44,932 nt of DNA from Gemmatimonadales bacterium (lineage in GTDB: Bacteria > Gemmatimonadota > Gemmatimonadetes > Gemmatimonadales > GWC2-71-9). The stretch's first letter is position 1. Each line of letters starts with the position of its first letter. The notes beneath the pieces are model-generated. The model was not told the DNA's origin, searched no databases, and was given only the letters and a program-made list of their open reading frames with translations. The position numbers and the translations under genes are program-made. Shown piece by piece: positions 1 to 9,775 of the stretch. The DNA is taken from positions 1-44,932 of the forward strand of contig JBFGJG010000033.1 of assembly GCA_041577295.1 (NCBI GenBank), written 5' to 3'.

Positions 1-44
1 CTGTATCCGGCGCTGATGGAGCATTTCAAGGATGGGTAGCACCC

Positions 45-1055
45 GTGGCTGAGAAAGTCAGATGGGGCATCTTGAGCACTGCCAGGATCGCCCTGACCAA
101 GGTGGTCCCTGCCATGCAGCACGGCGCATGGACCGAAGTCATCGCAATCGCTTCGCGCGACAAGGCCAAAGCGGAGCGCGCCGCGAAAGAACTCCGCATC
201 GCGAAGGCGTACGGATCCTATGAGGAGCTCCTGGCCGATGCCGATGTCGAGGCCGTCTATATTCCGCTGCCCAATCACCTCCACGTGCCCTGGTCTGTTG
301 AGGCGGCTGAAGCGGGCAAGCACGTGCTGTGCGAGAAGCCGCTGTCGCTCACGCTGGCCGAGGCGCGCGAGCTGCTCGCCGTCCGCGACCGGACGGGCGT
401 ACGGATCCAGGAGGCGTTCATGGTCCGCACGGCTCCGCAGTGGGTGCGCGCTCGCGAAATCGCCCGATCGGGTCGCATTGGCGAGCTACGTGCGGTCATG
501 GGCTTTTTCAGCTACTTCAACCGTGATCCCGACAACGTGCGCAACATCGCCGAGTGGGGCGGCGGGGGTCTCATGGACATCGGCTGCTATCCTATTACCA
601 CCTCCCGATTCATGTTTGACGAGGAGCCGAGCCGCGTAGCCGCGGTGTTGGAGCACGACCCGGAATTCAAAGTCGACAGGCTGACGTCTGCGATCCTCGA
701 ATTTCCCTCGGGTCAGTCGATCTTCACCTGCTCGACGCAGTTGGTCCCCTATCAGCGAATGCAGTTCATGGGCACGAAGGGCAGGATCGAGATCGAGATC
801 CCATTCAACGCTCCACCAGGCAGACCGTGCCGCCTGTTCGTGGACGATGGCTCTGACGTTTTTGGAGGGAGTATCGAGATCGTTGAGATCCCGGAGTCAA
901 ACCAGTACACCGTTCAGGCGGACCGCTTTAGCGAGGCGCTACGAAAGTCCTCGGACACGCCGGTGCCGCTCGAGGACGCTGTCCGAAACATGGCCGTGAT
1001 AGAGGCGATCTTTCGAGCGGGCGCGTCGGGGAAGTGGGAAACGCCGGACGGCTGA
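45..1055 (+). CDS. Gfo/Idh/MocA family NAD(P)-dependent oxidoreductase (cytoplasmic)
   Basis: N-terminal 'VRWGILSTARIA' Rossmann-like start, 'GKHVLCEKP' and 'GGGGLMDIGCY' motifs; GTG start; no signal peptide. Confidence 0.92.
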   Translation: MAEKVRWGILSTARIALTKVVPAMQHGAWTEVIAIASRDKAKAERAAKELRIAKAYGSYEELLADADVEAVYIPLPNHLHVPWSVEAAEAGKHVLCEKPLSLTLAEARELLAVRDRTGVRIQEAFMVRTAPQWVRAREIARSGRIGELRAVMGFFSYFNRDPDNVRNIAEWGGGGLMDIGCYPITTSRFMFDEEPSRVAAVLEHDPEFKVDRLTSAILEFPSGQSIFTCSTQLVPYQRMQFMGTKGRIEIEIPFNAPPGRPCRLFVDDGSDVFGGSIEIVEIPESNQYTVQADRFSEALRKSSDTPVPLEDAVRNMAVIEAIFRAGASGKWETPDG

Positions 1056-1094
1056 GCCCGCGTCAGCCGGCCACCGCTATCGACTCCTTCTAGT

Positions 1095-1949
1095 CTACTG
1101 TTCCGCTCGCTGATACACCCGCACGTAGTCTACGTAAAGGCGCTGCGGTGCCATGTCGTCCGGTGGCAGGAATGGTGAGTCGAACCAGCCGCCCACGGCG
1201 AGGTTCAGAATGATGAAGAACCCGTGCCCCTCGTCGAACGGCCAGAAGGCGGGGTCTTCGCCGGCCGTCTTGGCAGCGCCCAGGAACGGATTACCATCCA
1301 CCTCCCAGCGGACGCTCCCCGGTTCCCACTCGACCGCGAAGACGTGAAACTCGTCGTGAAAGCTTCCGGAGGTGAGTCGATATTCTCCCGACGTGATCCG
1401 GTTGTTGGCGGCATCGGGGCCGCGATGCAACGCGGCGGATGTCCAATCTGGGAGCCGGCCCTTGCCCTCCATGACGTCGATCTCCCCGCACCGTGGCCAT
1501 GAGACCTGATCGATGTTGCCACCCAGCAACCAGAAGGCGGGCCACATGCCGACCTCACCCGGCTGCCGGATCCGCGCCTCGAAGCGGCCGTAGCGAAACT
1601 CCCGTTTGCCTTTGGTAATGAGCCGCGCAGAGGTGTGCTCTCTGTGCTCGAATGTTTCACGGCGCGCTTCGATGACCAGCATACCATCTTCCAGCCACGC
1701 ATTGGCTCCGGGGTCGGTGTCCACCCGATCCGTGTAGTACTGCAACTCTTCGTTGAACGGATCCGGCATGACCTCAGGTGTCCAGCTGCTCTGATCGATC
1801 ACGCTGCCGTTGAACTCGTCAGCCCACACGAGCTCCCAACTGGGTAACGGAGGCTCCTGACCGCCGGGCTGCTGCGCTACCTCGCCGCCGGACGCGCAGC
1901 CGGCCAGCGGGAAGACAATGAGGACTAACCTGGTACATATGTGCGTCAT
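1095..1949 (-). CDS. Glycoside hydrolase family 16 (laminarinase/beta-1,3-glucanase-like) lipoprotein
   Basis: Catalytic 'GEIDVMEG' (ExDxxE), 'LVWADEF', 'WPAFWLLG', 'FFIILNLAVGG', 'VDYVRVYQ'; lipobox LAGC; start moved to ATG 1949 (GAGG upstream). Confidence 0.9.
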   Translation of the reverse strand: MTHICTRLVLIVFPLAGCASGGEVAQQPGGQEPPLPSWELVWADEFNGSVIDQSSWTPEVMPDPFNEELQYYTDRVDTDPGANAWLEDGMLVIEARRETFEHREHTSARLITKGKREFRYGRFEARIRQPGEVGMWPAFWLLGGNIDQVSWPRCGEIDVMEGKGRLPDWTSAALHRGPDAANNRITSGEYRLTSGSFHDEFHVFAVEWEPGSVRWEVDGNPFLGAAKTAGEDPAFWPFDEGHGFFIILNLAVGGWFDSPFLPPDDMAPQRLYVDYVRVYQRAEQ

Positions 1950-2064
1950 GAGACCTGCCTCACGTTGTTCGTGCGGTAACCACATCTCTTCACCGCCATC
2001 ACCTCAACGTCAATGCAATGAAATCTACCATCATGCAACCGATCGGTGTCGCCGTGTCGCACCA

Positions 2065-2808
2065 TCACGGCCTCGGCGTTTGTTCGAGTTTGTCGATCGC
2101 AGATTGGTAGTCAGTCAGCGCCGCGGTGCGCCCGTCCAGTGGCGAGCCGTTCAATACCACGACACTGCAGTAGGGAAGGGGGACGCCGTACCGCCATGGA
2201 CGCGGTAGCCTGACGCGTGGGCGGCAGCGCGCGATCACGGGAACGACAAAGGCGTCAGTGGCACGGGCGATCGTTGCCAAGCCACGCTTCACCCGTCCGT
2301 AGGGACCCCCGGCGTCCGTGAACAACCCGATATGGCACCCACGCGAGCGGATCAGCTCGATGATCTGATCACGCGGGCGAACCGTCGAGTTGCGCCGATA
2401 GATCCACATGTGAAATCCGAGCCGGGCACCGGTGTGCTGGAGCATTCGTGAGAGCACGCCGTCATGCCCGATGCCGATGGGCTTCAAAGGTTCCGGTATC
2501 TCTCGAAACCCGAGGAACACCATGGGCTCGTACGCGTGCAGACTGTAAAAGATGATGGGCCGGCCGCTGTCGCGAACGCGCTCGGCCAGGGCGTCGAGCG
2601 AAGGAATCCACCGAATACGGGCGGTGCGCCAGCACGGGTACAGCCAAGCGGTGAAGGCCGCATTCGTGGCACCAATCAGCGGTCGCAGGAGGTAGGATTG
2701 CCACGGCTTCTTAGCGGGCACATCGGCGAACGAGATGCGGCCAGTTCGCGATGGGGGATCCGCGTTTCTGGTGGACTCACTGGAACCGTTCATCGTGACG
2801 CGTCCCAC
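2065..2808 (-). CDS. DUF374-like / lysophospholipid acyltransferase superfamily protein
   Basis: 'PIIFYSLH', 'GLFTDAGGPYGRVKRGLATIARATDAFVVPV' and 'YGVPLPY' resemble DUF374 motifs. Confidence 0.65.
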   Translation of the reverse strand: MGRVTMNGSSESTRNADPPSRTGRISFADVPAKKPWQSYLLRPLIGATNAAFTAWLYPCWRTARIRWIPSLDALAERVRDSGRPIIFYSLHAYEPMVFLGFREIPEPLKPIGIGHDGVLSRMLQHTGARLGFHMWIYRRNSTVRPRDQIIELIRSRGCHIGLFTDAGGPYGRVKRGLATIARATDAFVVPVIARCRPRVRLPRPWRYGVPLPYCSVVVLNGSPLDGRTAALTDYQSAIDKLEQTPRP

Positions 2809-2903
2809 TGCGCTCCAGGGAACAATTTGAGGTCACAAACTCCTACAATACGCCCAAGGACGGGTGGGTGCCATCTTTTGCGACGGCCGCAAGCGCGGGC
2901 TCC

Positions 2904-4199
2904 TCAGTATCCCAGGAGTCCCGGCAGGGCCTCGGTGAGCCAGGGCAGGTAGACCACCAAGAAGAGCACTAACACCATGACGGCGTAGAACGGCAAGAGC
3001 GCCTTGGTTGTTCGCGCCACCGTCGTGCGCCCGACGCCGCAACCGACGAACATGATCGATCCCACGGGCGGCGTGCACAGGCCAATGCACAGATTGAGCA
3101 CCATCATGATCCCAAAGTGGAGCGGGGTGATCCCCAGCTGCTCGGCCACCGGGAGGAAAATCGGTGTGAAGATCAGCACGGCCGGCGTGATGTCCATGAA
3201 GGTACCCACGGCCAACAGCAGCATGTTGACCAATAAGAGAATCAGCACTCGGCTGTCGGTGAGCGAGAGCAAGAAAGCCGCGAGATTCTGGGGCACGTTC
3301 TCATAGCTCAAGATCCAGGAGAGCGCCGTAGACGTGGCGATCAGGAACATGACGATCGCCGTCGTATCTGCGGACTCGAGCAAGATGCGCGGGAGATCGC
3401 GGACGCGCACCTCACGATAGACGGGCACGGCGAGAATCAACGAATAGACCACCGCAACAGCGCTCGCCTCTGTGGCGGTGAAGATTCCGGCGATGATTCC
3501 CCCCATGACGATCACGATGAGCAGCAGGCTGGGGATCGCCCGGATGAACGCGCGAACACCATCGCGGAAGGCTGGACGTCCCGCCACGGGATACTTGCGG
3601 GAAGCGGCGATCACCCCGCCGACGAGCATGAGTGCGAGACCCAACAGAATACCAGGCACGTAGCCGGCCACGAACAGCGCGGCAATCGACACCCCGCCAC
3701 TCGCAAGCGAGTACACGATGAGAACGTTGCTTGGCGGAATCAGCAGGCCCGTTACCGATCCGGTCATGGTGACCGCAACGCTGTACTCCCGCTCGTACCC
3801 CTCCTCCTCCATCGAGGGGATCATGAAACCCCCTACGGCTGACGTGGCCGCGACCGCCGAACCAGAGATCGTGCCGAAGAACATGGAGGCGAGGATGTTC
3901 ATGAAGGCTAGACCACCCGCAAAACCGCCGACCAGCACCTTGGCAAAGTCAATGAGCCGTTGCGCCATCCCGCCTTCGGAAATGAGCTTGCCCGACAAGA
4001 TGAAGAACGGAATTGCCAATAGCGCAAAGCTGTCGATGCCGGTCGCCATCCTGAGGGCTGCCGTCGTCACGGCAGGCCCCGGCGGTATCGTGACCAGCAT
4101 CGTGACGACTGTGCTGATACCAATGCTGAAGGCGATCGGCACGCCGAGCGCCAAGCAGATGAGAAACATGACGACGAGCAGGACGACCGCGCCGTCCAT
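2904..4199 (-). CDS. dctM: TRAP transporter large permease (DctM)
   Basis: 'LLAIPFFILSG', 'FFGTISGSAVA', 'LIPPS', 'GIFTATEAS', 'IGLCTPPVG'; true start MDGAVV at 4199 overlaps the dctQ stop. Confidence 0.93.
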   Translation of the reverse strand: MDGAVVLLVVMFLICLALGVPIAFSIGISTVVTMLVTIPPGPAVTTAALRMATGIDSFALLAIPFFILSGKLISEGGMAQRLIDFAKVLVGGFAGGLAFMNILASMFFGTISGSAVAATSAVGGFMIPSMEEEGYEREYSVAVTMTGSVTGLLIPPSNVLIVYSLASGGVSIAALFVAGYVPGILLGLALMLVGGVIAASRKYPVAGRPAFRDGVRAFIRAIPSLLLIVIVMGGIIAGIFTATEASAVAVVYSLILAVPVYREVRVRDLPRILLESADTTAIVMFLIATSTALSWILSYENVPQNLAAFLLSLTDSRVLILLLVNMLLLAVGTFMDITPAVLIFTPIFLPVAEQLGITPLHFGIMMVLNLCIGLCTPPVGSIMFVGCGVGRTTVARTTKALLPFYAVMVLVLFLVVYLPWLTEALPGLLGY

Positions 4200-4711
4200 C
4201 AAGTGGCGTCCGTTCTTTGAAGAGTTTTCGCGGTGGACTCGAGGGAGAAGATCACGATAAGCACGCCCGCGATCGGAAGGACCAGGTAGACGAAGCCCAC
4301 GCGTATTCCCAGCGCTGCCGAGATCTGGTTCAACTGAAAGGCGAGGCGTACGAGGAGGATCCCGCCAATCACCATGGTGGAGAGCGCAAACGCCGCGACG
4401 AAAAGGTGGGCGAGGATCGTCGCGGTTTGTCGGTTCACCCCACGAAGCCGCGAAACGAGCAGATCGATGCCCAAATGCGAGCGCGTCCGGAAACCGTATG
4501 CGGCACCCAGGACGCCGATCCAGATGAGGAGGAAACCCGCCAGCTCTTCGGTGAATGAGCTGGGAGCACGAAGCACGAATCGCGACACGACCTGCCAGAC
4601 AACGTCTACGACCATGACGCTCATCAGGACGACCAGCACCCACCCTAGCGCATACTCGACGCGGTTCATGACACGTGTTACTGGACTAGGAGAACCCTTC
4701 GTTGCCGTCAT
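4199..4711 (-). CDS. dctQ: TRAP transporter small permease (DctQ)
   Basis: Four hydrophobic segments, 'WQVVSRFV...SFTEELAGFLLIW..LGAAYG....HLGID'; lies between dctP and dctM with overlapping start/stop codons. Confidence 0.92.
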   Translation of the reverse strand: MTATKGSPSPVTRVMNRVEYALGWVLVVLMSVMVVDVVWQVVSRFVLRAPSSFTEELAGFLLIWIGVLGAAYGFRTRSHLGIDLLVSRLRGVNRQTATILAHLFVAAFALSTMVIGGILLVRLAFQLNQISAALGIRVGFVYLVLPIAGVLIVIFSLESTAKTLQRTDAT

Positions 4712-5688
4712 CGCACGCGTTCGATCGCGCTCAGCAGATCGTAGACACCCGTCTCCCGGTAGCTGTCGAACATCGGCTGCACGGCTCGGCGGAACGTCGC
4801 TTTGTCAGGCTCGATGATCTCCACGCCAGCAGCGCGGACCTGTGCCAGGGCATGCTGTGACGCCTCCCGCCATAAGCGACGTTGTTCCAAGACTGACGAC
4901 TGGACGGCGGTCTCGAGCCAATTCCTTTCTTCCATGGAGAGCCTGTTCCACACGTGGGTGCTGATCAGCAACACATCGGGGACCCAGGTATGCTCGTCCA
5001 ATGTGAGGTACCGGCTCACCTCGTAGTGCCGCGACAGAAAAAAGCTCGGCAGGTTATTCTCGGCGCCGTCCACTACGCCCTGCTGCAAAGCGGAGTACAG
5101 CTCACCCCAGTCGATGGGGGTCGCAGAGCCACCGAGCGTCCTAACCATGCGGGTGGACGTGATGCTCTTTTGTACACGGATCTTGAGGCCGCTCAAGTCC
5201 TCCGGCGTCCGCACCGCGGTGGATATCGTGTAGAAGCTCCGAGGGCCCGCATCGTAGTAGCAGAGGCCACGCAGGTAGTATGGCTCTCCGGCTACGAGAA
5301 GATCGCGGCCGATATCTCCATCGAGCACCCGCCAGAGATGCTCCTCATTTCTGAAGACGTAAGGAATGCTGAACACCGCCATCTCGGGCACGAACGACTC
5401 GAGCGGGCTCGCCGAGACCTTGGTCATAGCCAGGCTACCGATCTGAAGCATCTCAATCAGCTCACGCTCTTCCCCGAGCTGTCCGCTGGGATGAATCTCC
5501 ATGCGCATCTTGCCACCCGAGAGCTCAGCGACGCGATCCGCCATATGCACCATGGCTATGTGCACGGGATGCGTGACATCTAGACCGTGCGCGAGCTTGA
5601 GAACACGGGTGCCGTTCTGTGTCTGGCAACCGGCGACCAGTGCAAGAACGGCCAACGGCGAGATAACGCGAGCCGCACGCGCCTTCAT
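4708..5688 (-). CDS. dctP: TRAP transporter substrate-binding lipoprotein (DctP), probably for a sugar acid
   Basis: Lipobox VAGC; 'LKLAHGL...HPVH', 'GLKIRVQ', 'ELYSALQQGVVDGAENN'. Confidence 0.92.
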   Translation of the reverse strand: MKARAARVISPLAVLALVAGCQTQNGTRVLKLAHGLDVTHPVHIAMVHMADRVAELSGGKMRMEIHPSGQLGEERELIEMLQIGSLAMTKVSASPLESFVPEMAVFSIPYVFRNEEHLWRVLDGDIGRDLLVAGEPYYLRGLCYYDAGPRSFYTISTAVRTPEDLSGLKIRVQKSITSTRMVRTLGGSATPIDWGELYSALQQGVVDGAENNLPSFFLSRHYEVSRYLTLDEHTWVPDVLLISTHVWNRLSMEERNWLETAVQSSVLEQRRLWREASQHALAQVRAAGVEIIEPDKATFRRAVQPMFDSYRETGVYDLLSAIERVR

Positions 5689-6560
5689 TCCATGTCCCCG
5701 GACTCGCCGAGCGATGCCATGAACGATCGAACCACCTCGGCAAACTCCTCTCGTTTGAGCGCGAACGCGAGAATGGTACGGAGGTAATCCAGCTTGTCTC
5801 CAATGTCGTAGCGGTGTCCACGGATCGGTATGGCAACCATCGAGGTCTGCGCGAGCATGCTCGCGAGCGCGTCGGTGATGTGGATTTCGTCGTTTCTGCC
5901 TGGTTTCGTACTCTCGAGCGCGGTGAACACTTCCGGGGTGAGTACGTACCGTCCGGCGATCGCCATGCTGGACGCCGTCTCGCCGGGGCGGGGTTTCTCG
6001 ATCAGACGCTCGACACGGATCACGCCGTCCCCCAGCGGCGAACCCTCGACGATTCCATAGCGCTCTACCTTCTCTGCGGGAACCTCTTCCACTGCCAGTA
6101 CGGGCACGTGGTGTTCCTCATACGCCTCGATCAGTCGCCGCGTGACCGGCACCGGTGCGTCGATCACCGTATCGCCGAGCAGGACCGCGAAGGGCTCGTT
6201 TCCCGTGAAGGGACGCACACAGCGGATCGCATCCCCCAGACCCACCGGCGTGGGCTGGCGGACGAATTGGATGTTGGCGAGCCGTACCAAGCGGTGTAGC
6301 GACTCGAGCGCCGCTAGGCGTCCACGCTCCTCGAGGTGTGACTCGAGTTCGACATTGTGATTGAAGTGATCTTCGATGGTCCGCGTGTCGCGCCCGGACA
6401 CGATGAGGACGTTCTCGATGCCTGCATCGACAGCCTCCTGGACCACGTATTGAATCGTAGGCACGTCCAGGATGGGAAGCATCGCTTTGGACTGCGCCTT
6501 GGTGGCGGGCAGGAGCCTCGTACCCACACCGGCAGCCGGGATGACGGCCTTGGTAATCAC
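5685..6560 (-). CDS. galU: UTP--glucose-1-phosphate uridylyltransferase-like nucleotidyltransferase
   Basis: 'KAVIPAAGVGTRLLPATKA', 'GLGDAI', 'EPFAVLLGD', 'LIEKP', 'GRYVLTP', 'RYDIGDKLDY'. Confidence 0.85.
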   Translation of the reverse strand: MITKAVIPAAGVGTRLLPATKAQSKAMLPILDVPTIQYVVQEAVDAGIENVLIVSGRDTRTIEDHFNHNVELESHLEERGRLAALESLHRLVRLANIQFVRQPTPVGLGDAIRCVRPFTGNEPFAVLLGDTVIDAPVPVTRRLIEAYEEHHVPVLAVEEVPAEKVERYGIVEGSPLGDGVIRVERLIEKPRPGETASSMAIAGRYVLTPEVFTALESTKPGRNDEIHITDALASMLAQTSMVAIPIRGHRYDIGDKLDYLRTILAFALKREEFAEVVRSFMASLGESGDME

Positions 6561-6570
6561 TGCTCGGTCC

Positions 6571-7575
6571 TCAAGCGGTCTGTACCGCGATCACCCGCGC
6601 GCCCAGTGTGCCGAGTCGCTCCGCGATCTGTTTCATCAGTGTGTCGCCCTCGTACACCCCGACGATTGCACCTCCCGAGCCTGTCAGCTTGGCCGATGCA
6701 CCGAGCGCCCTGGTCGCTTCGACCATGGCGAGATCACGTTCGTCGATCTGCATGATGCAACGTCGCAGATCGAAGTTCTCATTCATGAGCGAGGCGAATC
6801 GTTCGTGTTGTCCTTGTAGCAGCGCATCCCTTCCGGCGGTCGCCAGGGCGGCAATGCGATCGAGCGTCTCGTGCACTTCGGGATCACCTCGTTCCCAACG
6901 ACTCTTGATATCGCTCAAAACCCGTCCGGAAACTTTGGCTGGCTGTGTCCGGTACGCGACGAAAATGGGTGGCAAGAGCTGAGGATCGAGCGGTTCGTAT
7001 ACGCCATGCTTCAGCGTTTCCATCAGCTCCCTCGAGAAGTCCATGTATACGAGACCGTCGTATACCTGTGCCACGCGATCCTGTAGGCCGGCCGTGATTC
7101 CAAGCTCGTCGGTCTCGGCCGCTAGGATCAGGTTCGGCTGCACATCCTTGGGAATGTCGAGGCTGTAGAAGTCCAGGAGTGCTCGGAGCGTGGCCGTCAC
7201 GATCGCGCTCGAGCCGGCGAGCCCCACCTGACGGGGAATCGACGAGCGATACTGGACGGTGAAGTTCAGCGGCGGGACAGCAACGTCGTGTCGTTGGCAG
7301 TAATCCGCGAACGTTTTGATCGCTGCCTTCACCAACCTTGCGCCGCCGTAATATCCCTGACGGTTCACAGACTCCACGAGCTCTCCAATGCTTCGGTACA
7401 GATCGTGGTCGTTCTGATCCGGCTCGATGCGAAGGTCTTTCGTCTCTTCGAGGGTGACCGTCGCGTGAAAGTTGCGCAGAACCACGGAGAGGGTTCGGCC
7501 GTAGTAGCCGTCGGAGGGATTTCCAAGGAGCCCAGCGCGCGCGAAGGCGTGACGCTCGACGACCCTTCGCCCCAA
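6571..7575 (-). CDS. GHMP kinase, glucuronokinase-like
   Basis: 'ARAGLLGNPSDGYYGRT', GHMP loop 'IPRQVGLAGSSA', 'ELGITAGLQDRVAQVY.GLVYMDFS', 'MNENFDLRR', 'AKLTGSGGA'; probable TTG start at 7575 just after the upstream stop. Confidence 0.85.
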   Translation of the reverse strand: MGRRVVERHAFARAGLLGNPSDGYYGRTLSVVLRNFHATVTLEETKDLRIEPDQNDHDLYRSIGELVESVNRQGYYGGARLVKAAIKTFADYCQRHDVAVPPLNFTVQYRSSIPRQVGLAGSSAIVTATLRALLDFYSLDIPKDVQPNLILAAETDELGITAGLQDRVAQVYDGLVYMDFSRELMETLKHGVYEPLDPQLLPPIFVAYRTQPAKVSGRVLSDIKSRWERGDPEVHETLDRIAALATAGRDALLQGQHERFASLMNENFDLRRCIMQIDERDLAMVEATRALGASAKLTGSGGAIVGVYEGDTLMKQIAERLGTLGARVIAVQTA

Positions 7576-7577
7576 CC

Positions 7578-8447
7578 CTATCCCTCTTGGATGCCGAGCC
7601 CGGCCAGCACGCCGCGCATGTAGGCAAAGGACCGTTGCATACCGGGCAGCGGATCCATTGGATCGATTTCGTACTCGAGATTCACGTACCCCGCGTAGTT
7701 CATCGCGCCTAGTTGGCGGAAGATCGCGGGTATCGGCATTGCTCCCTCGCCTACAATGCACTGGCTCTCCCGCACCAGCATGTCCTTCAGGTCTTTGGCA
7801 TGAATGTCCAGCAGCCGGTCACCGGCCTGATGCAGAGCCTCCACGACATCGACGCCGGTGCGAGCCGTATGGCCAAGATCGACGCACAACCCTACGCGCG
7901 GATCCATGTCGCGAATCATTGGAAGCGCGTCGCGGGGCCCAGGAAAGTACGGATCCTCCGGTCCGTGGTTGTGAATCGCGACTTTGATGTCGTACTCGCG
8001 GACAAAACGCTCGATGCGGGGCAGGGTAGTGGGCGTGGGGCCAATGACCATGAGGGACATCCCAGCGGCGCGCGCGTACTCGAAGTACATGCGGACGTCG
8101 TCGTCATCGTCCTTCTGCAAGGGAATGAGTCCGCCACCAACGATCTCGAGGCCCGCGCTTTCGAATTCCCGGCGTCCGGCTGCAAGGTCCTTCAGCGAGC
8201 TCTCGTAGGGGAGATGAAACGATTTGATGTTCACGTACTTGGAGCGGAGCGCGCGAATGCCGGCGATGGCGTCTGCGCGGCTGAGCTCGCGGAGCGAATA
8301 GCTTGCAACGCCCAGCTTGATCGTGGCCGGTACCGTCGCACGCCCTCGCTCGAGTGGGTCACGGAGTGAGACCGGAACCGCAAGCGCGGCGGTACCAACG
8401 GCGGTGACCTTCAAAAAATCTCTACGACTCTTCTTTTGGTCCGACAT
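7578..8447 (-). CDS. Tat-exported sugar phosphate isomerase/epimerase (AP endonuclease 2 TIM-barrel; putative 3-ketoglycoside lyase)
   Basis: Tat signal 'SRRDFLK'; 'LGVASYSLR', 'IKVAIHNHG', 'CVDLGH', 'DIHAKD', 'LEYE'. Confidence 0.85.
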   Translation of the reverse strand: MSDQKKSRRDFLKVTAVGTAALAVPVSLRDPLERGRATVPATIKLGVASYSLRELSRADAIAGIRALRSKYVNIKSFHLPYESSLKDLAAGRREFESAGLEIVGGGLIPLQKDDDDDVRMYFEYARAAGMSLMVIGPTPTTLPRIERFVREYDIKVAIHNHGPEDPYFPGPRDALPMIRDMDPRVGLCVDLGHTARTGVDVVEALHQAGDRLLDIHAKDLKDMLVRESQCIVGEGAMPIPAIFRQLGAMNYAGYVNLEYEIDPMDPLPGMQRSFAYMRGVLAGLGIQEG

Positions 8448-8449
8448 GC

Positions 8450-9775
8450 TCAGACCTTCGCTTCCCAACCCGGCTGGTACTCGCGGCTCCACAATGCCAT
8501 GGCGCTCGCTTTGCCGACGATTTGTCCGGTTTGTGGGTTACAGCGCAGGCTTCCATCGGTGCGTTGTGCAATGTTGCCGAGGTGACAGAGCAGCTGACTC
8601 TTGTGACCCTCGACGATCGGCGAGTTGAGCGTCACCTCACCACGAATCGCGTCCAGAAAGTTGGTTATGTGGAGATCGGTGAGCGTGCCACCTCCCCGAG
8701 TATCGAGCGCATCATCTGTCTCACCGCGGATACGACGCATGATCTCGTTGTTCTCCTTGTCGTAAATGACGTATCCGCTGCGGTCGATGACGGCGGTGCC
8801 CTCCGTGCCGTGAATCGACGCACCGCGCCCCCGGTTCTCGATGGGACGTCCGTTGCAGCTTCGTCCTTCCCATGTGATGGTCGATCCGTTGTCGAACTCG
8901 AAGGACGCGACCTGTGTGTCGGAGCACTCCCAGTCGTCATCGAAGTGATAACGGCCGCCAGCGGAGGTGACCTTCGACGGAAAGTCCACACCCAGCGCCC
9001 AGCGGCAAACGTCGATCTCATGCGTGCCGTTGTTGTTGATCTCTCCCGTACCCCAGCGCCAGAACCAATGCCAGTTGTAGTGAACCACGTTGTCGCGATA
9101 CGGTGTGCGCGGTGCCGGTCCCTGCCACAGTTCGTAGTCCAGCCAGGCGGGGACGGGTGCGGGAGCGCCTCGCCCGATAGTGCCACGGGTGTTGCCGTAC
9201 CATGCGCGAGCGAAGTAGGGACGTCCGATCACGCCTTCACGGATGCGTTGCATGATGTCGATCGATTCGGGCGCGGAGCGTTGCTGGTTGCCCATTTGCA
9301 CGACGCGCACGTACCGCCGCTGTGCCTCAACGAGCAGCTCGCCCTCACGCGGGTTGTGACCGCACGGTTTCTCGACGTACACGTGCTTCCCTGCCTGGAG
9401 GGCGAGGAGGGTCGCTGGTGCGTGCCAGTGATCGGGAGCGGCGATCACGAGGGCGTCGAGCGACTGGTCGTCCAGCGCTCGGCGGAAGTCAGTCATCCCT
9501 TTGGGGCTCCGGTCCTGCAGCCCGGTGACATCAGCAACCGTCTTCTCGACCACGCGTGAGTCGACGTCACAGATGTACCGAACGTCCGCGCCCATGCGCG
9601 CGAATGCAGTGGCCAACTCGTTCCCTCGGCCGTTTACCCCCATGACGGCGGTCACGACGCGGTCGCTCGCCTGCGGCGTGGTGCGAAACGGCGCGAACTT
9701 GCCCAGCGCGCTAAAGCCGATGGCGGCGGTGCTGCCCTGGAGAATGAAACTCCGGCGATCGATGGTCTTGGTCAT
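8450..9775 (-). CDS. Tat-exported Gfo/Idh/MocA oxidoreductase
   Basis: Tat signal 'DRRSFIL'; 'AAPDHWHA', 'GKHVYVEKP', 'QMGNQQRS', 'HYNWHWFW', 'GEINNNGTHEID'; ATG 9775 overlaps the upstream TGA. Confidence 0.9.
   Translation of the reverse strand: MTKTIDRRSFILQGSTAAIGFSALGKFAPFRTTPQASDRVVTAVMGVNGRGNELATAFARMGADVRYICDVDSRVVEKTVADVTGLQDRSPKGMTDFRRALDDQSLDALVIAAPDHWHAPATLLALQAGKHVYVEKPCGHNPREGELLVEAQRRYVRVVQMGNQQRSAPESIDIMQRIREGVIGRPYFARAWYGNTRGTIGRGAPAPVPAWLDYELWQGPAPRTPYRDNVVHYNWHWFWRWGTGEINNNGTHEIDVCRWALGVDFPSKVTSAGGRYHFDDDWECSDTQVASFEFDNGSTITWEGRSCNGRPIENRGRGASIHGTEGTAVIDRSGYVIYDKENNEIMRRIRGETDDALDTRGGGTLTDLHITNFLDAIRGEVTLNSPIVEGHKSQLLCHLGNIAQRTDGSLRCNPQTGQIVGKASAMALWSREYQPGWEAKV

Noticed and set aside
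4200..4643. N-terminal extension of DctM in the 579-aa ORF call
   Set aside because: It overlaps dctQ out of frame; the real start is ATG 4199. Similar over-extended starts were trimmed for the GHMP kinase, Gfo, DUF305, rtcB and CBS genes.
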